Of a DNA stretch of 64,000 bases, positions 9,837 to 19,038 are shown in pieces; the first letter of the stretch is position 1; every line of letters begins with the position of its first letter. This DNA comes from an uncultured Nitrospira sp. Lineage in GTDB: Bacteria; Nitrospirota; Nitrospiria; Nitrospirales; Nitrospiraceae. The notes under the pieces are model-generated. The model ran no database searches, was not told where the DNA came from, and worked only from the letters and a program-made list of their open reading frames with translations. The translations under genes and the position numbers were made by a program. The stretch spans positions 13,213-77,212 of the forward strand of contig CAZWOX010000011.1 in NCBI GenBank assembly GCA_964635345.1. The letters are read 5' to 3'.

Positions 9837-10253
9837 TCAACTCAGACTCTTTCCGGTCGTGGTCATGGTGAGCTTCCCATGCTTCACCCCTTTGACGCTC
9901 ACCAGCGCGTCGGCAATCTTCCTGATTTCCGAACCTTTTCCCTTCACCACCAGCACTTCCAGGCAATGATCGTGGTCCAAGTGCACATGCATGCCGGACA
10001 GAATCTTTCCGTGATGGTCGTGCTGTATATCGGTGAGCTTGCTCGTCAGATCGCGCACATGATGATCGTAGACGAACGTGATGGTGCCGACCGTTTCCTT
10101 ATTCAGATCCCACTCCTGCCCGACAAGGTTGTCGCGGATCAGATCGCGAAGCGCTTCCGAGCGGTTGGTGTACTTCCGCCGTTCGATGTGACGATCGAAC
10201 GCGTCCAGCAACCGCTGGTCTAGCGACACGCCGAATCGTACGAGCTGGTTCAC
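9837..10253 (-). CDS. nikR: Nickel-responsive regulator NikR
   Basis: RHH N-terminus [18 protein letters not shown]; [16 protein letters not shown] Ni site; GVKHGKL. Confidence 0.96.
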   Translation of the reverse strand: MNQLVRFGVSLDQRLLDAFDRHIERRKYTNRSEALRDLIRDNLVGQEWDLNKETVGTITFVYDHHVRDLTSKLTDIQHDHHGKILSGMHVHLDHDHCLEVLVVKGKGSEIRKIADALVSVKGVKHGKLTMTTTGKSLS

Positions 10254-10271
10254 GGGAGCCTCCCTTTATCG

Positions 10272-10307
10272 GTAGCACGATTGTGATTATCATAGCACCA
10301 ATAACAC
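10272..10307 (-). promoter_or_regulatory. Candidate NikR operator (direct-repeat type)
   Basis: Minus strand GTGTTAT-tg-GTGCTAT-N13-GTGCTAC, ending 18 bp before the nikR start. Confidence 0.7.
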
Positions 10308-10475
10308 GTGCGATCAACCACGCATCCACGCCTCCCAGCTTCCTACGAAGTCCATGAGCCGTCTGGATTCATGCGACGGGACGGTGAGGGCCGGCGAAAA
10401 GCTCCGGCGGCGGCAATGGAGAGGACGGAGCGATCGTCGGCGGAGAAACGCGCGGCGCAGGCGATCGAAACAGCG

Positions 10476-11048
10476 TTACGACAGCATCTCGTTCTGAGGC
10501 GAGAAAATCACCAGCAGCAGACAGCCGTCATCGGACGACGTATCGGTATGGACGCTCCCGGGCTCCGCGCGATGGTAGTCGCCGGCACGCATCTCACGGC
10601 CCTCGAAGCGGCAGCCGCCTTCGAGCACATAAAACTCTTCGGCTTCCGTGTGACGGTGGGGGGCGTACCGGGCGCCCGGAGCTACCTGAAGGAGCGCCGT
10701 CGCGCGACGGGATTTCTGGTCGAAGGAGAGCGTCTTGGATAAAATTCCAGGCGCGATCTCCTGCCAGATTCCCTCTGTAGACTTGACGAACGTCAATCCT
10801 CCAGCGGCATCGAACGTGACGTCCGTATGGCCGCCGATGCGGGCCAACAACCGCTCTTTCAGCGAAGCAGGAGGCTGAACCGGGTTCACCGCCAAAGTCA
10901 ATTGGCTGACGACGGACTGGAAGGCTCGGACCTCCGCGCCGATCCTCATGCATCGCTCAAACGCCGCGTCCTCCTCTGGCCCCAGCATCCCCAACGCATA
11001 CAAGGCCGCCTGCTCCTGAATCTCCGCCCTCCGATCATTATCGTTCAT
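10476..11048 (-). CDS. Anti-sigma factor with ChrR-like cupin domain
   Basis: YALGML..EE N-terminal anti-sigma domain; cupin PGARYAPHRHTEAEEFYVLEG..GDY..GSVH; overlaps the sigma-factor stop (ATGA). Confidence 0.85.
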   Translation of the reverse strand: MNDNDRRAEIQEQAALYALGMLGPEEDAAFERCMRIGAEVRAFQSVVSQLTLAVNPVQPPASLKERLLARIGGHTDVTFDAAGGLTFVKSTEGIWQEIAPGILSKTLSFDQKSRRATALLQVAPGARYAPHRHTEAEEFYVLEGGCRFEGREMRAGDYHRAEPGSVHTDTSSDDGCLLLVIFSPQNEMLS

Positions 11049-11647
11049 GACGCGAGTCCTTCTTTATACGGCGCCAGCCCCTCGCGCAACTTTATCATAC
11101 CCAGCCGCATGCGTGTTTTCACCGTCCCCAAAGGCAGTTTCAGTTTATCCGCAATCTCACTCTGACTCAGTCCGTAAAAGTAGGCCAGCGCGATCGCTTC
11201 CCGCTGCTCCGCCGTGAGTAACGCCAACGCCTGCTGCACATACCGCCGGCGTTCTTGTCTTGCCAGATCCTCTTCCGGCGTCTTGCCGTCGCTCACAAAA
11301 AATTCGACGGCATCCAATGATTGAATCCGGCCCCGCTCAGCCGCCCCGGCCCGGAACCGATCGATCGCCCTCGTGCGGGCCAGCGTCATCAGCCAGCCGC
11401 CCGGAGTGCCTCGTGTTTCGTCATAGGTATGGGCCTGACGCCAGACCTGGGTATAGACGTCCAGCGTCACTTCTTCCGCGGCTTCACGATTGTCGAGAAT
11501 CTTGAAAATCAATCCGTAGACTTGGGGGCTGGTGCGATCGTAGAGCGTGGCGAGCGCGGCCTGATTACCCTGGGCGGTCTGGGCAATCAGCTGTCCCCAC
11601 TCTTGCTCGTGGACGTGCCGCGTCGTTTCCAGAGACATCACCAACAT
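11045..11647 (-). CDS. ECF RNA polymerase sigma-70 factor (SigK/RpoE-like)
   Basis: AEEVTLDVYTQVWR, WLMTLARTRAIDRFR, LAYFYGLSQSEIA..LPLGTVKTRMRLG; start set at ATG 11647 after a purine-rich RBS. Confidence 0.92.
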   Translation of the reverse strand: MLVMSLETTRHVHEQEWGQLIAQTAQGNQAALATLYDRTSPQVYGLIFKILDNREAAEEVTLDVYTQVWRQAHTYDETRGTPGGWLMTLARTRAIDRFRAGAAERGRIQSLDAVEFFVSDGKTPEEDLARQERRRYVQQALALLTAEQREAIALAYFYGLSQSEIADKLKLPLGTVKTRMRLGMIKLREGLAPYKEGLAS

Positions 11648-11668
11648 CGCGTCTCTCCCAATGACTTG

Positions 11669-11695
11669 TACGAAAGGATGGGGGAGAGCGGATTT
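11669..11695 (-). promoter_or_regulatory. Putative ECF (sigmaE-ChrR type) autoregulatory promoter
   Basis: AAATCC-N16-TCGTA on the minus strand upstream of the sigma gene. Confidence 0.6.
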
Positions 11696-11784
11696 ATGAG
11701 TTGGACCATTTGTTCGGATTGCGTCCGAGATTTTTACTATAGCACCGGCTGGAATCCTACCGCAAGAAGCCTTCATTAGGTGAA

Positions 11785-11810
11785 AAATCCAAATGCAAAA
11801 ACCCCTCGTA
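11785..11810 (+). promoter_or_regulatory. Putative ECF promoter for the globin-DUF4331 operon
   Basis: AAATCC-N15-TCGTA on the plus strand, matching the divergent copy. Confidence 0.6.
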
Positions 11811-11900
11811 GTGTGGGGTGAGACAAGCCGCCGGCAAGTACTCGCAAGAAACATGGGTTCCGAAGAGTCACACCATTTCATTCAACAGGAGGGCAGGGCC

Positions 11901-12392
11901 ATGAAGACCACATTCGTCACGCCACTCATCATCGCCGGGTTCATACTCAGCGTCACAGGCTGCAATACGCTGGACTCGACGTCCGGTTCCGCCATGTCCA
12001 AACAGCCGTCCATGGCGGACAAGTCGCTCTACGATCGTTTGGGCGGCAAGCCGGCTATCACCGCCGTCGTGGATGATTTCGTCGGGCGCGTCGCCGCCGA
12101 CACCCGCATCAACGGCAAGTTCGCCACCGCCGACATTCCCCGCTTGAAGATGCTGCTGGTGGAACAGATCTGCCAGGCCTCCGGTGGTCCCTGCGCCTAC
12201 ACCGGCCGCAGCATGAAGGCCACCCACGCCGGCATGGGCGTCAGCAGCAGCGACTTTGACGCGCTGGTCGGCGATCTGGTCACTACGCTCAACAAGTTCA
12301 AGGTCCCGGAGCGCGAGAAGAACGAACTGCTCGGCGCGCTGGGTCCGATGAAGAGCGACATCGTCGAAAAACCGATAGCCTCGATGCGCTGA
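11901..12392 (+). CDS. Group I truncated hemoglobin with lipoprotein signal peptide
   Basis: SLYDRLGG, GGPCAYTGRSMKATH (proximal His), FDALV; lipobox VTGC; RBS aggagg. Confidence 0.92.
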   Translation: MKTTFVTPLIIAGFILSVTGCNTLDSTSGSAMSKQPSMADKSLYDRLGGKPAITAVVDDFVGRVAADTRINGKFATADIPRLKMLLVEQICQASGGPCAYTGRSMKATHAGMGVSSSDFDALVGDLVTTLNKFKVPEREKNELLGALGPMKSDIVEKPIASMR

Positions 12393-12497
12393 TGATCGGC
12401 AGGCCACTCGGATAAGGCGGCCTGAAACCGCTGTCCCATCCGGGCGTTGCCGTTGGAGAGATGAACCGGTCACGATGATCTTTGTGAGGAGGTATGT

Positions 12498-12719
12498 ATG
12501 AACACGCCCGTACCGTCAACCTTGGGTCTCGCGCTCGTTGTCGGCCTGTTGTCCGGCTGCAGCGGGAGTGACAACCCGCCTCTTGTGTCCAGTGGGCCAA
12601 CAGCCGCGGCAGCGGACGACCAGCGCATCCCGCAATCGGACGAGCTGACGTCGGCAGAAGTCGCGCAGGTGAACCAAGCCAACGCAGAACCTGCGTCCCC
12701 GCAAAAACCAGATCTGTAA
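12498..12719 (+). CDS. Small lipoprotein
   Basis: RBS gaggagg, lipobox LSGC, low-complexity mature part. Confidence 0.75.
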   Translation: MNTPVPSTLGLALVVGLLSGCSGSDNPPLVSSGPTAAAADDQRIPQSDELTSAEVAQVNQANAEPASPQKPDL

Positions 12720-12763
12720 CCAACCGCCGCCTTCGACGGCGGCATGCTCATAAGGAGATAGCA

Positions 12764-14257
12764 ATGTTGACGCAAATTCGATCACTCACATTGGCGATAC
12801 TGGCGCTGCTCATCACGGCGCCGGTCTTTGCCGCCAGCCATCGCGAAGCGCCGTTGATCGCGAATGATCCTGCGGCAGACATCACCGACTTCTACATGTT
12901 CCGGAGCTGGCAAGATCCCGACAAGGCCATCCTGATCATGAATGTGATCCCAGGCCAGGAGCCGGGGTCCGGCCCCAACTACTTCAATTTCGCCGACGAT
13001 GTCCTGTATGAAATTCACATCGACAACAACAAGAACAACATCGCGGCCAACATCACTTATCAGATTCGTTTCAAGACCGAGATCCGGCAACCAGGGAATG
13101 TGTTCCCGCTGGCCTATATCGCGCTCCCGCCGATCACAGCGCTCACCGGCGCAGGGTCTGAGGGATTGCTCGTCCGGCAGAGCTATACCGTAACCGAGAC
13201 ACGCTTCGGCCAGCAGTCGAGGGACTTGGGGACCGGTACGATGTACGCCGTGCCGTCGAACGTCGGCTCACGAACAACGCCAAACTATGAACAGCTGGCG
13301 GCAAAGGGCATTTTCCCCTTAAAGAACGGCGGCCGGGTGTTTGCCGGTCAACGGGATGAGACGTTCTACATCGACCTCGGTGGAACGTTTGACACCTTGA
13401 ACCTCCACATATCCCCGATTCTCTCCGCAGCCGATGATGCGAATGATGCGACGATCGTCGGTGCACCGCAAGCGGGCACCGCAGACACCTTCAGCGGTTT
13501 CAACGTCAACACCATTGCCTTGGAAATTCCGATTAGCGATCTCATGGGCGCGAACGGCAACAAGGTCATCGGGGCCTATGCCTCGACCAGCCGTCCCAAA
13601 GTCACAGTCATCAAGAAGAGCGGCGATCGGGACAATTCATCCCGGTTCGTCCAAGTGGCCAGGATGGGAAATCCCTTGGTGAATGAGCTGATTATCCCGA
13701 CTGACACGAAGGACCGATGGAACGCGACCGATGCGGAGGAAGAGGCCGAGTTTGTCACGTACTACTGTAACTCGGCAGTCGCCACGGCATTGAACGTCGT
13801 GTTCGGAACCACGTTCCCGACGACCAATCGGGAAGATCTCATCAATGCCCTGCTGCGCTACAGCCCGGGCCCACCGCTCTGTGGAGGAGGGAAAACGAAC
13901 GAAACCCTCGCGGACTTCGTGCGGGTAGATCTGAGCGTGCCGCCGACGGCACCGGCGAGTCAGAAACGGCTGGGGCCTCTCGCCCACGACGAGAACGGGA
14001 ACGGTACTCCGGACAAGGCCGGCTGGCCGAATGGACGGCGACCGAACGACGACGTGACGGATGTCGCATTGCGTGTCGTGGCCGGGATTCTGACGAATCC
14101 GGCGGTTCCGAACCTCGGGGACGGAGTGAATTTCAATATCGGCTCGGTCGGCGGCAACAAGACGGCCAACGGCATCGCGCCGGCCTTCCCCTTCCTGCCG
14201 ACACCGTTCAATGGACGGGATCGCCGCCACATCGATCCAGGCGAGTCGTTGAATTAG
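12764..14257 (+). CDS. DUF4331 family exported protein
   Basis: Signal peptide then ASHREAP; DITDFYMF; RVFAGQRDETFYIDLG; QVARMGNPLVNE; GWPNGRRPNDDVTD. Confidence 0.9.
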   Translation: MLTQIRSLTLAILALLITAPVFAASHREAPLIANDPAADITDFYMFRSWQDPDKAILIMNVIPGQEPGSGPNYFNFADDVLYEIHIDNNKNNIAANITYQIRFKTEIRQPGNVFPLAYIALPPITALTGAGSEGLLVRQSYTVTETRFGQQSRDLGTGTMYAVPSNVGSRTTPNYEQLAAKGIFPLKNGGRVFAGQRDETFYIDLGGTFDTLNLHISPILSAADDANDATIVGAPQAGTADTFSGFNVNTIALEIPISDLMGANGNKVIGAYASTSRPKVTVIKKSGDRDNSSRFVQVARMGNPLVNELIIPTDTKDRWNATDAEEEAEFVTYYCNSAVATALNVVFGTTFPTTNREDLINALLRYSPGPPLCGGGKTNETLADFVRVDLSVPPTAPASQKRLGPLAHDENGNGTPDKAGWPNGRRPNDDVTDVALRVVAGILTNPAVPNLGDGVNFNIGSVGGNKTANGIAPAFPFLPTPFNGRDRRHIDPGESLN

Positions 14258-14266
14258 AGCGCCAGC

Positions 14267-14306
14267 GGCGGGGTGTCGCCGATGAATACGACACCCCGCC
14301 TTGTTC
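14267..14306 (+). terminator. Stem-loop after the DUF4331 gene (terminator or mRNA stabiliser)
   Basis: ggcggggtgtcg-N10-cgacaccccgcc followed by ttgttc. Confidence 0.6.
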
Positions 14307-14328
14307 AGGGACGATCAGGAGAGTAGTC

Positions 14329-15189
14329 ATGCAGGCCAGAGCCGCTCACCGGCATCAACTCGAGGGATGGAGATTTTCGTTTTTCCTCCACGGACTTCTT
14401 CTGAGCATGATCTGGCCGATCCTCCATCACATTCCGACTCCAATACGGCAGGAACCCTTTCGGTGGAACGTGACGCTCGTTGAGTCGCTGCCGCAAAGTA
14501 CTGTCGTCGAGCCGATCGGCGATGCTTCCCTCGTGAACGAAACACTTGACGGAGTCGAATCAGCGGAGCTGAATCCGGCACCACTCAAGCAGAATGTTTC
14601 CCCGCCGGCTCAGGCACCAACACAGGAAATCGACGAGACGATCCAATCGGCCGGCGAAACCACATCGGCGACGGCCACAGCTGCGCCAGCGATTCTCACG
14701 CCGGCACAGCCAGAGCCGGCATCACCTCCGCCTTCGATCACGGAAGCGCCGCCGGCGACAGACGTGGCGATGGCGCTTACGCAGCCTCGCGACGCATCCG
14801 ATCAACCGCCGGCGTCTTTATCCTCGTCCACGTCAAGCCCGCCTTCAGCAACACCCCCTTCTGTGATACCCCCAGCTGTCGACCAATCTTCGGCGACTCG
14901 GGCAGATTACAGCTGGTTGCAACGGGCCCTGTCCCGCCGGCTGGAAGAACTGAAGCGCTCCGCGCGGCCATCCCTCGACGATGCAAGCAAGCTCAAGGTC
15001 CTGGTCAAAGCTGTGGTTTCCAGCGAGGGAGAATTGATGGAGGCGGAGGTCGTCAAGAGTTCAGGGTTGGCGCGGATCGATCAGGAAGCCATGACGCTGG
15101 TGCGGCGCGCCTTCCCGATGCCGCTCGATTACGCCCTAGACCGGCCGCAGATCGTGATGCGGATCCCCATCACCTATTCGCGCGACTGA
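14329..15189 (+). CDS. Energy transducer TonB family protein
   Basis: N-terminal SFFLHG TM (SxxxH), Pro-rich linker, C-terminal VVKSSG..IDQEAM..V..AFP domain. Confidence 0.82.
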   Translation: MQARAAHRHQLEGWRFSFFLHGLLLSMIWPILHHIPTPIRQEPFRWNVTLVESLPQSTVVEPIGDASLVNETLDGVESAELNPAPLKQNVSPPAQAPTQEIDETIQSAGETTSATATAAPAILTPAQPEPASPPPSITEAPPATDVAMALTQPRDASDQPPASLSSSTSSPPSATPPSVIPPAVDQSSATRADYSWLQRALSRRLEELKRSARPSLDDASKLKVLVKAVVSSEGELMEAEVVKSSGLARIDQEAMTLVRRAFPMPLDYALDRPQIVMRIPITYSRD

Positions 15190-15193
15190 AAGT

Positions 15194-16393
15194 ATGCCGA
15201 TGGATAGATTGCATACAGCAGGCAGCCTGATGGTAACCGCGTGGCTCGCGTTGAGCCAACCGTCTCTCACATCCGGCGAACCCTATCTCCCCCAACAGGA
15301 CGCACAAGTCCTTGAACACCTCACGGTCAAAGCCGCTGATCCCGTCGCGCGGGAGATCAGAGCCCTGCGCGCAAGTCTGTTGCGCGATCCGCAGAACATC
15401 AATGCGGCGGTGCCATTGGCGACTCGACTCATCGAGCAGGCCCGATCAGAGGGAGATCCGCGGTTTCTTGGCCAAGCGCAGGCCATCTTGACTCCCTGGT
15501 TGAATCAACCGGCGCCACCGACCACAGTATTGTTGTTGCGAGCCACGATCCGCCAGAATGCGCACGAATTCGATCTCGCCCTTGCCGATCTCGATGCAGT
15601 TTTGAACAGGCAACCGACCAACGCTCAAGCCTGGCTGACTAAAGCCTCGATCCTCCAGGTCCAAGGACGATACGACGAGGCCCGCCGCGCATGCCAGCCG
15701 TTGTTTCGCTTGACCGGCCGGCACGTTGCAATCACATGCCTGAGCGACATCGGCGGCCTGACCGGCCAGGCGACCACCAGCCGCAAGATGCTGACCGCGA
15801 GCCTGGACCGTCCAGGAATTTCAGCGCGCGAACGACTCTGGAGCCTGACCATCCTGGCGGAGATGGCCGCGCGCACAGGGGACGCGCAGGCCGCAGAGAA
15901 ATATTTTGTCGACGCGCGCAGTCTCGGTGTGAAGGATCAGTATCTCTTAGGCGCCTACGCCGATTTTCTTCTGGACCAAGGCCGCGCGTCAGAGGTCGTC
16001 CCGCTGCTGGGTCGTGAGACGAGAGCCGACGGCTTGCTCTTGCGCCTCGCGCTGGCCGAGCAGGCGCTTCGTCTTCCCGCATCGACGGACCATACGGCCG
16101 AGCTGGCAGCACGTTTCACCGCGGGCCGTGCGCGAGGCAGCAGCGTTCACGCGCGGGAAGAAGCGCGTTTCACCCTCGCCCTGCTGCGTGATCCACAGAA
16201 GGCGCTCACACTCGCACAGGACAATTGGAGAGTTCAAAAAGAACCCTGGGATGCCCGCCTCCTGCTCGAAAGCGCGCTGGCCGCCGGCGACCGAGAGGCC
16301 GCCGGACCGGTCATCGATTGGCTGAGCACGAATCACGTGGAAGACACCTGCCTCCAACAACTGGCTGTGCAGCTCTCACAGAGAACGTTCTGA
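15194..16393 (+). CDS. Exported TPR-repeat protein
   Basis: Signal peptide, helical TPR-like repeats (P.NAQAWLTKASILQVQGRYDEA). Confidence 0.8.
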   Translation: MPMDRLHTAGSLMVTAWLALSQPSLTSGEPYLPQQDAQVLEHLTVKAADPVAREIRALRASLLRDPQNINAAVPLATRLIEQARSEGDPRFLGQAQAILTPWLNQPAPPTTVLLLRATIRQNAHEFDLALADLDAVLNRQPTNAQAWLTKASILQVQGRYDEARRACQPLFRLTGRHVAITCLSDIGGLTGQATTSRKMLTASLDRPGISARERLWSLTILAEMAARTGDAQAAEKYFVDARSLGVKDQYLLGAYADFLLDQGRASEVVPLLGRETRADGLLLRLALAEQALRLPASTDHTAELAARFTAGRARGSSVHAREEARFTLALLRDPQKALTLAQDNWRVQKEPWDARLLLESALAAGDREAAGPVIDWLSTNHVEDTCLQQLAVQLSQRTF

Positions 16394-17514
16394 TGCTCCC
16401 CATTATTGCCATAGCGTTGCTTCTTCTGAGCGCTCCTGCCTGGGCGCACAAGCCGAGCGACAGCTATCTGATGCTCACCGTTCAGGATAATCGGGTTGAA
16501 GGCCGGTGGGACATCGCTTTGCGAGACTTGGACGATGCGATTGGATTGGATACCGATGGGGATGGCTCAATTACCTGGGGAGAAGTTCGATCCAAACACG
16601 ACGAGATTGCCGCCTACGCACTCTCACACCTCACACTCACATCAAGCGAGATATCCTGCCGCACTCACAGGCTTGACCATTTGGTCGATAATCACACAGA
16701 CGGGGCCTACACCGTCCTGTTGTTCACAGCGACCTGTCCAGCCGCGATCGACCGCCTTCAAGCCGACTATCGCCTCTTGTTCGACCTGGATGCGCAACAC
16801 AAAGGGCTGCTGCGTCTGACGCACGGACAAGACACTACGACCGCCATCTTCAGCCAAGCCTCGCCGGTGCAACAGTTCACGATCGGAGAGGTTTCGAAGT
16901 GGCGGCAGGTTCGACAATATGTGCATGAAGGCATCCGGCACATCTGGCGGGGCTACGACCACGTGTTGTTTCTGCTCGCGTTGCTCCTGCCTGCCGTCTT
17001 ACGGAGAGCGGCGGACCGGTGGGAACCATCCCTGAACTTCATGTCCGCGCTCTGGGAAGTCGCCCCCATCGTGACGGCCTTTACCCTCGCCCACTCGATC
17101 ACCCTCGGCCTGGCCGCCGCAGGCCTGGTAACGCTTCCGTCGCGGCTGGTCGAATCCGCGATCGCCACATCAGTTGTGTTCGCGGGTATCTCCAATCTCT
17201 ATCCGGCCCTCGTCCAACGCCGCTGGCCAGTAGCTTTTTTCTTCGGCCTGATTCACGGCTTTGGGTTCGCCGGTGTGCTGAGCGACCTGGGTCTGCAGAA
17301 AGACTCTCTGGCACTCAGCTTGGTGAGTTTCAATCTGGGCGTTGAGGCGGGCCAGCTGGCGATCGTCGCGATTTTTTTACCGCTCGCCTATGGTCTGAGA
17401 AACTCTTGGACCTACCAGCGGCTGGTGCTGGTGAGCGGCTCACTCGGCATCGCCGCTCTCGCCTTCGTCTGGCTCATTGAGCGGGCCTTCGATCTCAAAC
17501 TACTTCCCGCCTGA
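16393..17514 (+). CDS. HupE/UreJ family protein (periplasmic domain plus TM metal-transporter-like domain)
   Basis: AWAHK N-terminus; DTDGDGSITWGE EF-hand-like loop; HIWRGYDHVLF, AFTLAHSITL, FGLIHGFGFA, SFNLGVEAGQ. Confidence 0.88.
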   Translation: MLPIIAIALLLLSAPAWAHKPSDSYLMLTVQDNRVEGRWDIALRDLDDAIGLDTDGDGSITWGEVRSKHDEIAAYALSHLTLTSSEISCRTHRLDHLVDNHTDGAYTVLLFTATCPAAIDRLQADYRLLFDLDAQHKGLLRLTHGQDTTTAIFSQASPVQQFTIGEVSKWRQVRQYVHEGIRHIWRGYDHVLFLLALLLPAVLRRAADRWEPSLNFMSALWEVAPIVTAFTLAHSITLGLAAAGLVTLPSRLVESAIATSVVFAGISNLYPALVQRRWPVAFFFGLIHGFGFAGVLSDLGLQKDSLALSLVSFNLGVEAGQLAIVAIFLPLAYGLRNSWTYQRLVLVSGSLGIAALAFVWLIERAFDLKLLPA

Positions 17515-17544
17515 CGCGGATAAGGGGTGCCTGAGAGAGAGACT

Positions 17545-18957
17545 CTACTCGCCCTGAATGGGGATGTACATCGCATTGCCCTGCCGGTTGACGAGCAGGA
17601 GCGCGAGGTCGCTGGGCTTGAGGGGATCGGCGAGGCGTTGGAAGGTATTGAAGTTGGGGATGGGCTGGCGGTTGAGTTCGAGGACAACGTCGCCCGGCTG
17701 GAGGCCGGAGGATTCGGCGAGGCTGCCTTCTTCGATATCGGTGACGACCACACCGCTGTTGACCGGGAGATCCATTTGTCTGGCCAAGGGCGGCGTGACG
17801 TCGTCAAAGACGACTCCCGTCAGCGGGTGCGCAGTCGAAGCGGCGGCGGAAGCGGTCTGGCTTTTCTTCGCCCGTTCACGCGGCGCTTCCTGCACCGTCA
17901 ACTCCGCCTGATAGGCTTTGCCGTCGCGAATGAGATCCAGACGATGCTTGCTGCCGATCGGCGATTGCGCCACAAGGTTGCGCAGCTGTCCGCTGTCCAT
18001 CACGTCACGGCCGTCGAAACGCACCACCACATCGCCGCGTTTGAGTCCCGCTCGCTCCGCCGATCCCTTGGCTTGCAGATCGGTCACGATCGCGCCTTTG
18101 ACATCCGGCAAACGGAAGATCTTGCCCAGCGAAGGACTGACATCTTGCGTCGAGGCCCCGAGAAATCCCCGGACAACCCGGCCGGTCTTGATCAAACTCT
18201 GCATCGCGGCCCGCGCCATGTTGCTCGGAATCGCAAAGCCGACGCCGACACTCCCGCCGGTCGGGCTCGCGATGGCCGTATTGATCCCGACCAGCTCGCC
18301 GTTGACGTTGACCAAGGCGCCGCCTGAATTGCCGGGATTGATCGGGGCATCGGTCTGGATGAAATCTTCGAAGTCGGCCACGCCCACATCCGCCCGTCCC
18401 ACGGCACTAACGATACCAAACGTCACCGTCCGGCTTAGCCCGAGCGGGTTTCCGATGGCCAACACAAACTCTCCGACGGCCAATGTGCTGGAGTCCGCCC
18501 AGGGCACGGTCGGAAGATTCGTCCCATTGATCTTGACGACGGCCACATCGGTCTTCGGATCGGTGGCCACTACCTTTCCTTTGTACTGCCGCCGATCGGC
18601 CAGAATCACTTCCACATCCACCGCATCAGCGACGACATGGTTGTTCGTAATGATGTACCCGTCCGGCGAGACGATCACGCCGGACCCCTGCCCGTACTGG
18701 CGGCGCGCCGGCGGTTCCTTGAACAGACCGAACGGAAGCGTCTCGTCGCTGAACGCTTGATCGCGCACCATCACCGTGGAGGCGATGCTCACGACGGCGG
18801 GGATAACTTTGACCGCCGTGGCTTTCACCTGATTCTGCAGATCGTGCCCGTTGGCCACGCGCAGCAGATGGGTCGCCGCCTGCCCCGGTCCGGCAGCCAG
18901 CAGAGTTCCCGCAAGCAGCCCCACAGGCCACATCATCTTCAACGTCGGTCGATTCAT
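17545..18957 (-). CDS. DegP/DegQ (HtrA) serine endoprotease with two PDZ domains
   Basis: TNNHVV, DVAVVKI, IQTDAPINPGNSGGAL. Confidence 0.95.
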   Translation of the reverse strand: MNRPTLKMMWPVGLLAGTLLAAGPGQAATHLLRVANGHDLQNQVKATAVKVIPAVVSIASTVMVRDQAFSDETLPFGLFKEPPARRQYGQGSGVIVSPDGYIITNNHVVADAVDVEVILADRRQYKGKVVATDPKTDVAVVKINGTNLPTVPWADSSTLAVGEFVLAIGNPLGLSRTVTFGIVSAVGRADVGVADFEDFIQTDAPINPGNSGGALVNVNGELVGINTAIASPTGGSVGVGFAIPSNMARAAMQSLIKTGRVVRGFLGASTQDVSPSLGKIFRLPDVKGAIVTDLQAKGSAERAGLKRGDVVVRFDGRDVMDSGQLRNLVAQSPIGSKHRLDLIRDGKAYQAELTVQEAPRERAKKSQTASAAASTAHPLTGVVFDDVTPPLARQMDLPVNSGVVVTDIEEGSLAESSGLQPGDVVLELNRQPIPNFNTFQRLADPLKPSDLALLLVNRQGNAMYIPIQGE

Positions 18958-19038
18958 AGCAGTGTTTCGCAGCTACCGATTTCTCTGGGACCGGAGGAAT
19001 TCCGTGGCCAGCGTACCATGCAGAGGTGAAGGGCGCAC

